NCBI GenBank assembly: GCA_020634245.1
Contig: JACKCC010000009.1
Location: 346,100-378,099 of the forward strand
Direction of reading: 5' to 3'
Origin: Ardenticatenaceae bacterium
GTDB taxonomy: Bacteria; Chloroflexota; Anaerolineae; Promineifilales; Promineifilaceae
Length of the DNA stretch: 32,000 nt
Notes under the pieces: model-generated
What the model was told of the DNA's origin: nothing
Databases searched by the model: none
The model's input: the letters and a program-made list of their open reading frames with translations, nothing else
In this document: positions 26,301 to 32,000 of the stretch, piece after piece
How the letters are laid out: each line of letters begins with the position of its first letter
How positions within the stretch are numbered: position 1 is the first letter of the stretch
Made by a program: the position numbers and the translations under genes

Positions 26301-26427
26301 GGTTGGCAGCATCGGCACCATCGATATTAGCTGGACTGGTCTCGCAGCCGGTAAATATCTCGGTGCTGTTTCACACGCCACTGATGACGGCCTCGTCGGA
26401 CTGACCGTTGTTAGTGTTGAAAATTAA
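23344..26427 (+). CDS. Secreted subtilisin-like serine protease (S8A): I9 propeptide, PA-domain insertion, Fn3-like domain and C-terminal pre-peptidase-like domain
   Basis: ATG at 23344 after AGGA. Signal peptide MKKISLLLVLLIVLIAALPAAG. Catalytic Asp in VGVIDTGI (codon 23887), His in DGHGTHTAS (codon 24214), Ser in GTSMSSPH (codon 25153). The long insertion between His and Ser is typical of PA-domain subtilases. Confidence 0.85.
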   Translation: MKKISLLLVLLIVLIAALPAAGQEGPDLQTPADVVNSINANKTKSVYLVLMRDDPVIAYDGNIGTLQATQPAEGEKIDPDSYHVLRYATYIKAGHNQALAAAGVNLDAKLYDYVYSVNGFVAQLTEAEVAALEGQAGVMAVYQDELRYPQTDNTPDFLGIADRGGAWAAGYTGEDVVVGVIDTGIWPEHPSFSDTAMLCVNADGDTREPNKYGNCRRGYELTEVVVYGPAPASFTATTCDFGNTAFNPLDAPFTCNNKLLAAQSFGLGYHGGTGAGTPPGSYLSARDADGHGTHTASTAAGNKDVPVTLQGSELDPISGMAPRARISVYKACWDGCAVSDLVAAIDTAVADGVDVINYSIGSSSYLVGPDDVSFLFAADAGVFVATSAGNNGPGASTVGSPASVPWITAVAATTQNRSFDSIITLGNGAQYIGTGIGVTGELPLVDAAAAGDALCNIGALNPAVVSGNIVLCLRGAIPLVDKSQAVLEAGGKGLILYNASAAQTPYLTSHAVPTAHTTYDVGVAVKDYIAAAGSSATASLYGGIYVDSPAPWMASFSSRGPNLQSSDIIKPDIAAPGFGILAGYTPTPFTGAPDEMFAVIQGTSMSSPHIAGIFALIKQAHPDWSAAMAKSAMQTTAFNTSAQDNFIMKEDGVTPADPFDVGAGFVNMADKALKPGSIFEPGLVYDAGLFEYAGYTCGANLGVFTTGTCNFLNAIGVPSDPSDLNLATIGVGELVGTQTVYRTVTSVAKTQRTFKVYAFAPDGFDVTVTPDKLKLAPGESATYAVTITNDGTAVEGEWAFGRLEWQSGSYKATSIMAVRPYPFAGPAEVSGTGASGSASFDVQFGFDGNYYANAHGLEAARLTPGNVADDPGNSFTPFGPGTTLHMINVPVGSAYARFSLFDDFTDGADDLDLYVYYPTGAFAGGSGSGTSAEQVDVLMPMAGDYYVFVHGWGTDGPDANYTLFDWSVSLTPGGSLSIDSAPTAGTVGSIGTIDISWTGLAAGKYLGAVSHATDDGLVGLTVVSVEN

Positions 26428-26459
26428 CGACTAAGTCGTTAACTCTCGACGATTAGATG

Positions 26460-26494
26460 GAAGGGTGCTCTGTAAAAGGGCACCCTTCTTTTTT
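26460..26494 (+). terminator. Rho-independent terminator of the protease gene
   Basis: Stem GAAGGGTGC (26460-26468) / GCACCCTTC (26480-26488), followed by TTTTTT (26489-26494). A second small palindrome TTAACGAC-TAA-GTCGTTAA spans the stop codon (26424-26442). Confidence 0.8.
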
Positions 26495-26523
26495 ATTAAA
26501 AGATGTTGTTCGATTTACGGCCG

Positions 26524-27799
26524 CGCGTTGCCTCAATAGAAAATGTTACCGAAGGGGTAGTCGTTGCCTCAAAAAGCATGTTACTTTCCCAATCGCACTA
26601 ATTGCTTCACTTTCTCATCAATATTGCGGCGGCATTGAGCCGGATTGGTGTCCCGATATGTCGCCTGCCACAGGTCACTATTTTCAGGCGAAAGCAGCTT
26701 CATGTCCAATACCCGTTGCAAGGGCGTCTTGGGCGTTTCATACTTCTTGTACACCTTCGCGCCGGTACGCTTTTTGCTCACCAACTTGAAGGTTGGCTGA
26801 AATAGATTGGTGTAGAGATGTAACTCAGCATAGATGTCACCCAGCAATTGGTGAGCCGCCTGGGATTCAAACCGTTGATAGCCAATGGTGTGGCGCACAA
26901 TTGACCAGTTTTTCTGTTCAACAAAACATTGGTCGTTTTTCTTGTAAGGGCGACAACGGGTGAAGGTAATCTTGTGCATTTGGCAATCGTTCAGAATCAG
27001 GTCATTGATAAAGACACTGTCATTGTCAGAATCAATGCCCAAAAGTGGAAAAGGTAAACGTTGTCGTAGCTGGTCTAGCGCCTCAGTCACAGCGATTTGT
27101 GAGCGGTGCCGTAAGCTGAAACACTCCGTCCAGCCAGTGGCCACATCGGTGGCGGTGAAGGAGCATAGAAACTGTCCGGCTGTACTTTCACCACAGTGAG
27201 CCACCAGGTCTATCTCGACAAATCCGGCTTGAGTGTCATCCCAGTCTGCAAAGGTGCGTACCGGGATTTGGTGTTTGAGCAGCCCCCCAGGCTTCGTCGT
27301 ACTTTGACCCCGCTGCTGGCTGGTCTTGAACGGCTGTAACAATCGGTCAATGGTGGCCGGACTAACCGCCAAGACCAGCCTCTTGGTTTCCTGATCCAGC
27401 GCGAGTTCCTGATGTCGCTCCAGGGAAGTGACCATATCGGCCAAGATAGGCTGGAGCCGCTTGCCGCAGATACCGCCACAAATGCGCCAGATTTGGGTCA
27501 GGGCGCTCACCACGCTGCCTGTATAGATTTTCTGCCGACCACGACGCTCTCGCTTTGGCTGATTTTGTTGGCGCAGGCGGCGGATCGCTGCCTTGCGGTG
27601 TAGGCCGGTTACAGCCACAAACTCATCCAAAATCTTTGTTTTCTCTTTGCGGTCTGCTTTGAGGTATCTCGGTTGCAGACGCTGGACTAACTCTCGTTTA
27701 CTGTGTTGACTCATTTTCGCATCCATCATGGTTGCGAAGGTAACACTTTTTATGATTCAACGACCCTTTCTTGGGTAACATTTTTTTTGAGGCAATTCG
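26524..27799 (-). mobile_element. 1276-bp single-gene rve-type transposable element with ~70-bp composite ends
   Basis: Each end has two ~21-bp sites. Left: TTGCCTCAATAGAAAATGTTAC (26528-26549) and TTGCCTCAAAAAGCATGTTAC (26564-26584). Right, as reverse complement: TTGCCTCAAAAAAAATGTTAC (27775-27795) and TTGAATCATAAAAAGTGTTAC (27740-27760). Flanked by direct GGCCG at 26519-26523 and 27800-27804. Confidence 0.7.
26581..27729 (-). CDS. DDE transposase with integrase-core (rve) fold; IS family uncertain (ISNCY/IS481-like)
   Basis: 382 aa. N-terminal HTH-like KRELVQRLQPRYLKADRKEKTKILDEFVAVTGLHRKAAIRRL. Candidate catalytic residues in VEIDLVAH, LLGIDSDNDSVF and KKNDQCFVEQKN. Confidence 0.7.
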   Translation of the reverse strand: MMDAKMSQHSKRELVQRLQPRYLKADRKEKTKILDEFVAVTGLHRKAAIRRLRQQNQPKRERRGRQKIYTGSVVSALTQIWRICGGICGKRLQPILADMVTSLERHQELALDQETKRLVLAVSPATIDRLLQPFKTSQQRGQSTTKPGGLLKHQIPVRTFADWDDTQAGFVEIDLVAHCGESTAGQFLCSFTATDVATGWTECFSLRHRSQIAVTEALDQLRQRLPFPLLGIDSDNDSVFINDLILNDCQMHKITFTRCRPYKKNDQCFVEQKNWSIVRHTIGYQRFESQAAHQLLGDIYAELHLYTNLFQPTFKLVSKKRTGAKVYKKYETPKTPLQRVLDMKLLSPENSDLWQATYRDTNPAQCRRNIDEKVKQLVRLGK

Positions 27800-27824
27800 G
27801 GCCGTTTCCCCATCTGCTGTATAA

Positions 27825-28837
27825 TAAACATTATCGGCAATAAGAAAAAGGTGGATACAATTCTCGGCCATGTTGACCTATGAATTGCTGAAAACGAAAC
27901 CAAAAGAATTTCTGAGCGCAACCGGGATGACCATTGTTGAGTTTGAGCGGTTGCTGCCAGCCTTTGCCCAGGCTTATGAGACGCGGTACCGTGACGATAC
28001 GACAGTAGCCGGCACACCGCGACAGCGTCGAGCCGGTGGTGGCGCCAAAGGCAAGCTGCAGCGGATAGAAGACAAACTGCTCTTTAGCCTGGTGTATCAA
28101 AAGACGTATCCCTTGCAGACGATGCAAGGTTTGCACTTTGAGATGAGCCAATCCCAAGCCAACGAGTGGATACATCGTTTGTTGCCCGTGTTGCAAAAGG
28201 CGCTGGCGACACTGGAGATGAAACCAGAACGGGAAGCGAGTGGGCTGACCACCGGTGACGCTTTGTTGACAGAACCGGCCGACTTGTTGATAGATGGCAG
28301 TGAGCGTCGGCGGCAACGGCCCAAGGACAACCAGAAACAGCGCCAACATTACAGCGGCAAGAAGAAAGCGCATACGGACAAGAACCTGCTGATAGCCAAT
28401 GGCCAAACGAACCGGGTGCTCTATCTCAGTCCAACCGAACCCGGCCACACCCACGACAAGAAAATGGCTGACAACGCCAACATCACCTACCCTACGGCGA
28501 CCACGCTGGGCCAGGATAGTGGCTTTCAAGGGTATCAGCCGTCCGGCGTGGCCCTGACACAGCCAAAAAAAGCCTAGAGGTAAAGAGTTGATCGCCGAGG
28601 ATGTCTTTCTGAATCGCATCATTTCTGGTTTCAGGATCGAGGTCGAGCATGTGATTGCCGGGGTTAAGCGGTGTCGAATTATCAAGGATACATTTCGCAA
28701 CACCAAAGAGGGGTTTTCTGACCTGGTTATGGAAGTTGCCTGTGGCTTGCATAACCTGCGGGTGACTTGCCGTCATCCAGTACCCTCTTTGGATCTGCTT
28801 GACCTGTGTACCTGACCACTATTACCGATAATGTCTA
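27825..28837 (+). mobile_element. IS5-family (DDE_Tnp_4 type) insertion sequence, ~1 kb; ends approximate
   Basis: Inverted repeats ACATTATCGGcAATA (27828-27842) and TATTaCCGATAATGT (28820-28834). The flanks are AT-rich, so the exact termini and target duplication cannot be fixed by eye. Confidence 0.6.
27870..28815 (+). pseudogene. IS5-family transposase split (27870..28577 and 28588..28815) by one extra A in an A7 run
   Basis: HTH_Tnp_4-like N-terminus (KLLFSLVYQKTYPLQTMQGLHFEMSQSQANEWI). DDE_Tnp_4-like core (LIDGSERRRQRP...YSGKKKAHTDKN...GFQGY...NRIISGFRIEVEHVIAGVKRCRII...ACGLHN). Deleting one A from 28565-28571 gives ...TQPKKPRGKELIAEDVFLNRIISG... Confidence 0.75.
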
Positions 28838-28883
28838 ATATTAATCAACAAACCAACCATCCCACTCAAAATCGGAGCAATTG

Positions 28884-30707
28884 ATGTACGAATCATTCGG
28901 CGCCGTCGTCACCGGCAATCAAGTGACTTTTAAGTTATTCCTGCCCGACAATGCCGTCGATCCGGCCCAGTACACGCGCGGCGGTTCACCCAAAATTAAG
29001 GAAATTCGCATTCGCGGCGATTTTCAAAACGCATTAGGTGGCGAAGATTGGGCGCTGGAGAGCGCTCCGGCAATGGTCAAAGAGGCCCACCCGCATGGCT
29101 GGCTGTGGAACTGCACTTTGCCAGACGACCTGCCCGAAGGCTATTACCAGTACAAATATTTCGTCACCTTTGAAAATGACACTGACCGCTGGATTACCGA
29201 CCCCTGTACCAGATACGGCGGCAGCGACGGGCAGGAAAATTCAGCGTTTGTGGTGGGCGGCAGCACGGCCGTTGTCCAACCCATTGCCCATCGCCTGCCG
29301 CCGCAAGATTTGGTTTTGTACGAGTTGATGATTGACGATTTTACGGCCGAGTTTAGAAACGGCCGTGCCCCCATCGACGCCATCCACGACAAAATAGACT
29401 ACTTGGTCGAGTTGGGCGTCAACGCCATCGAATTCATGCCCTGGACCGCCTGGCCCGGCGACGACTTTAGCTGGGGTTACGATCCCTTCCAGTTTTTCGC
29501 CGTTGAGTACCGCTACGTCCACGATAACGCACAGCCAGCCGACAAAATCTTCCGCCTCAAGCAGTTAGTAAACGCCCTGCACGAACGGGGTATCCACGTT
29601 ATTATGGATGGTGTGTTCAATCACGTGCGCGCCGGGGTAAACCCTAACAAAGGTTTTCCCTATTTCTGGCTTTACCAAAATCCAGAAGAGTCGCCCTACA
29701 TCGGCCAGTTTGAGCGCGGCGGCTTCTTTGAAGAGTTTGATTACAATAATGAATGTACCCAGGAATTCATCCGTGACGTGTGCTTCCATTGGCTGGACAT
29801 GTACAAGCTTGATGGCATCCGCTTTGATTTTACGATTGGCTTTTACAATCCTGGGAATGTGCATGAAGGTATCACCCAACTGATTGCTGATATCAAAACC
29901 CATATGTCTGAACAAGGGCGGGAAAATGTGGCTCTTATTGTGGAGCACTTAAGCGACAATCGCTTCGAAGCGATTGATGCCGCCAATAAAATGGACGCCA
30001 CCGCCTGCTGGTTTGACCCGTTTATGTATCAATCGCAGGCGTATGCGCGTTACGGCCGTATCGACTCCCAACTTCTACGCATCCTGGACGCCAACCGCGA
30101 CTTTGCACCAGGGAAACTGCCCGTCACCTACGTCGAAAACCACGATCATTCCACTATTGTCAGCGAAGCCGGAGGACGTAACCATTGGTACAAAACCCAG
30201 CCAGCCGCTATCGCCCTACTCACATCGCCAGGGCTGATCATGCTGCACAACGGTCAGGAATTCGGCGATGATTACTGGCTGCCGGGTGATGGTGCGGGAC
30301 GGGTGCAGCCACGGCCGTTACACTGGGACATATTCAGCCAGGATTTCGTTGGCCAGCGCTTGTTTGGCATCTATCAAAAACTTATTGCTATCCGAAAATC
30401 ACACCCTATTCTCCGCTCCCGCAATTACTTTCCAACAGAGAATGACCCTGACGGCTATGGGGTTGTCAACGATCAAGTTGTGGTATTTCACCGGTATGGC
30501 AACGACGAGAACGGCCGTTTCCAACGTTTCATCATCGTCATCAACTACAGCGACAGCAGCCAAACCATCGATATCCCCTTCTCTGGCAATGGCCTGTGGC
30601 AAGATTTGCTCAACGACAAAGCGGATTTTGTCCAGAATTATCGTTTATACTATCAACAGATCCCCTCCAATTGGGGTCGTATCTATTTCCAAAACAGTGA
30701 ACAGTGA
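28884..30707 (+). CDS. GH13 alpha-amylase-family glycoside hydrolase with N-terminal CBM48/E-set-like domain
   Basis: ATG at 28884 after GGAG. N-terminal beta-sandwich (VTFKLFLP...IRIRGDF...YQYKYFV). GH13 conserved regions I (VIMDGVFNHV), II (LDGIRFDFT), III (LIVEHL) and IV (YVENHDH). No signal peptide. Confidence 0.8.
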   Translation: MYESFGAVVTGNQVTFKLFLPDNAVDPAQYTRGGSPKIKEIRIRGDFQNALGGEDWALESAPAMVKEAHPHGWLWNCTLPDDLPEGYYQYKYFVTFENDTDRWITDPCTRYGGSDGQENSAFVVGGSTAVVQPIAHRLPPQDLVLYELMIDDFTAEFRNGRAPIDAIHDKIDYLVELGVNAIEFMPWTAWPGDDFSWGYDPFQFFAVEYRYVHDNAQPADKIFRLKQLVNALHERGIHVIMDGVFNHVRAGVNPNKGFPYFWLYQNPEESPYIGQFERGGFFEEFDYNNECTQEFIRDVCFHWLDMYKLDGIRFDFTIGFYNPGNVHEGITQLIADIKTHMSEQGRENVALIVEHLSDNRFEAIDAANKMDATACWFDPFMYQSQAYARYGRIDSQLLRILDANRDFAPGKLPVTYVENHDHSTIVSEAGGRNHWYKTQPAAIALLTSPGLIMLHNGQEFGDDYWLPGDGAGRVQPRPLHWDIFSQDFVGQRLFGIYQKLIAIRKSHPILRSRNYFPTENDPDGYGVVNDQVVVFHRYGNDENGRFQRFIIVINYSDSSQTIDIPFSGNGLWQDLLNDKADFVQNYRLYYQQIPSNWGRIYFQNSEQ

Positions 30708-30772
30708 AAAGGTAGAAGCCGGAACATACTGCCTTCTGCCTCCAACCTTCTGCCTTTTCTTCGGAGGTTACG

Positions 30773-31894
30773 ATGCATTTCAATCTTGTTTTTGAGGGGG
30801 GTGGCGCCAAAGGCATGGTTTTTGTTGGGGCCATGCAAGAATTCGAACGGCGCGGGCATACGTACGGCCGTTTACTGGGCACATCCGCCGGAGCTATCAC
30901 CGCCGCCCTTCTAGCCGCCGACTTTTCAGCCACGGAAATGATGGAGCAGGTCAACGAAAAACTACCCGATGGTTCGCCCCGCTTTTCCACTTTCATGGAC
31001 GTGGCCGACGCCATCGCCGACCAGGATTGGGAAAACAGTGTCCTATTTAAGCTGTTTCAACAAATTGATTGGCCTTTCATCCCCGAAGCGGCCGAACGCC
31101 GCATGGATGATCGCGTGTTCAATCAATTTATGAAACTCAAGGTTTACCGGCTGATATTCACCTTCCTGGAATTGGGCGGCCTGTACGCTGGCGATGCCTT
31201 CCTGGCCTGGCTGCGGGAAAAGTTGGATATGAACGGCCGTAACCTGGGCCGCGCCACTTTAGCCGAATTTTACGAACACACCGGTAAAGACCTCAGCGTT
31301 GTCGCCTCAAACACCACCAACGGCGATATTTTGGTGCTCAACCATCGCACCGCCCCAAAATGCCCGGCGGCCTGGGCCGTGCGCATGTCCATGAGCATCC
31401 CCTTCATCTGGCGTGAGGTGCGCTGGAAAGGCGATTGGGGATTGTATGACGGCCGTGACATCACCAATCACGCCATTGTCGATGGCGGCCTCAACTCCAA
31501 CTTCCCCATTCGTCTGCTCATTTCTCGCAGTCCCGATGTCACCGACGTAATGGGACCGCACGATGGCGCGTTTGCCCTGGGTATGCTCATCGACGAAACG
31601 TTACCCGTCCCCAACGCTCCGGCCCTCCGCCAACACAAAGAGGTTGATCCCAAGTCGCCAATGGCTATTCCCAATCTGCCCATTGTGCGCCGCGTATCCA
31701 ACCTGGTAAACACAATGACCAACGCCCACGACAAAACGGTCATCGAAGCTTACAAAGACGGCGTCTGCCGCCTGCCGGCCCAAGGGTATGGCACCACGGA
31801 ATTCGACATGAGCGATGAACGAGTTACCGCATTGGTAAACGCCGGTCAACAAACAATGAGTAACTTCTTTAATAACTTTGATCTAAGAAAATAA
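30773..31894 (+). CDS. Patatin-like phospholipase
   Basis: Oxyanion G-G-G-A-K-G, nucleophile G-T-S-A-G, and catalytic Asp in V-D-G-G-L. GGAGG lies 5 nt upstream of the ATG. Confidence 0.8.
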   Translation: MHFNLVFEGGGAKGMVFVGAMQEFERRGHTYGRLLGTSAGAITAALLAADFSATEMMEQVNEKLPDGSPRFSTFMDVADAIADQDWENSVLFKLFQQIDWPFIPEAAERRMDDRVFNQFMKLKVYRLIFTFLELGGLYAGDAFLAWLREKLDMNGRNLGRATLAEFYEHTGKDLSVVASNTTNGDILVLNHRTAPKCPAAWAVRMSMSIPFIWREVRWKGDWGLYDGRDITNHAIVDGGLNSNFPIRLLISRSPDVTDVMGPHDGAFALGMLIDETLPVPNAPALRQHKEVDPKSPMAIPNLPIVRRVSNLVNTMTNAHDKTVIEAYKDGVCRLPAQGYGTTEFDMSDERVTALVNAGQQTMSNFFNNFDLRK

Positions 31895-32000
31895 AATATT
31901 GCTCTACAAACGCTTGATTTTTCCACCGAAAAAAGCGTAAACTATAAGCATCGTTGCATCATCGTTCACAACGGCATCCGGATTTACACAGTTTCCGGAA

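Larger units (their letters stand above)
1133..31456. repeat. Dispersed highly iterated palindrome ACGGCCGT (47 exact copies)
   Basis: Hand count of exact copies. Start positions: 1133, 1266, 1671, 1744, 2185, 2537, 2934, 3628, 4323, 4651, 5600, 8093, 8324, 9788, 10019, 10272, 10595, 10705, 10978, 11277, 11552, 11818, 12337, 13958, 15344, 15509, 16151, 16237, 17791, 17974, 20018, 20605, 20817, 21565, 22240, 22454, 24382, 24565, 25717, 29265, 29360, 30052, 30311, 30511, 30864, 31233, 31449. Many copies extend to AACGGCCGTT or ACGGCCGTTTCC. Confidence 0.9.

Noticed and set aside
27831-28706. 291-aa minus-strand ORF
   Set aside because: It is antisense to the IS5-type transposase (HTH_Tnp_4 and DDE_Tnp_4 motifs on the + strand). 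Its sequence has no recognisable motifs.
27825-28837. Exact termini and target-site duplication of the IS5-type element
   Set aside because: The flanks are AT-rich (…GTATAA / ATATTAA…). Several 2-4 bp duplications can be drawn by eye, so none is reported.
30773-32000. Patatin-like phospholipase as a CBASS (CapV-like) or other defence effector
   Set aside because: No cyclase, E1/E2/JAB or other defence-type partner is visible upstream; the neighbour is a GH13 enzyme. The about 100 bp after the stop show no gene start. The G-G-G-A-K-G / G-T-S-A-G / D-G-G pattern is generic for bacterial patatins. Sequence beyond 32000 cannot be evaluated.

Overview
Bacterial chromosomal window, moderately GC-rich with AT-richer islands. 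All product calls come from motif recognition only; no searches were run. The repeat families remind me of filamentous Chloroflexota, but I cannot verify that.

Gene content, left to right:
- 1-5366 (-): a very large thioester-containing alpha-2-macroglobulin (A2M) gene, over 1788 codons. It is missing from the ORF track because it runs off the left edge.
- 5400-10500: an AT-richer island of secreted beta-propeller lipoprotein paralogs. One is cleanly split by an IS1595-type element with an 8-bp target duplication. Two share a 277-bp near-identical promoter plus signal-peptide module. An arm-less HU-like gene and a small lipoprotein are also here.
- 10659-11492 (-): an alpha/beta hydrolase.
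- 11600-16600: a thiol/sulfur redox island. It holds two rhodaneses, a DUF2892 membrane protein, a protein disulfide oxidoreductase (PDO) plus thioredoxin reductase (TrxR) pair, a Crp/Fnr regulator, and an ECF sigma factor with a small soluble anti-sigma whose Cys/His spacing matches RsrA.
- 16847-18771 (+): a second ECF sigma with a membrane anti-sigma-like protein that has a Cys-x4-Cys / GDGNN repeat tail.
- 18987-22340: a DUF3054-like gene, a cupin / small-TM / His-rich 12-TM operon, and a convergent lipoprotein cytochrome c.
- 22341-26427: about 1 kb of AT-rich ORF-free DNA, then a 1027-aa S8 subtilase.
- 26524-28837: two adjacent IS elements.
- 28884-31894: a GH13 enzyme and a patatin-like phospholipase.

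The most unusual signals are at sequence level:
1. The palindromic octamer ACGGCCGT occurs 47 times, against fewer than about 1 expected. It behaves like a highly iterated palindrome (HIP). One IS has inserted exactly into a copy.
2. A palindromic intergenic repeat family (GAGCTTGTCGAAGGC / GCCTTCGACAAGCTC) is present at four loci.
3. A 1.28-kb single-gene rve-type element has doubled subterminal sites and a 5-bp target duplication.
4. Two unrelated transposase genes are both broken by one extra A in a poly-A run.

No rRNA, tRNA or CRISPR array was recognised. I found no recognisable multi-gene defence-type system.
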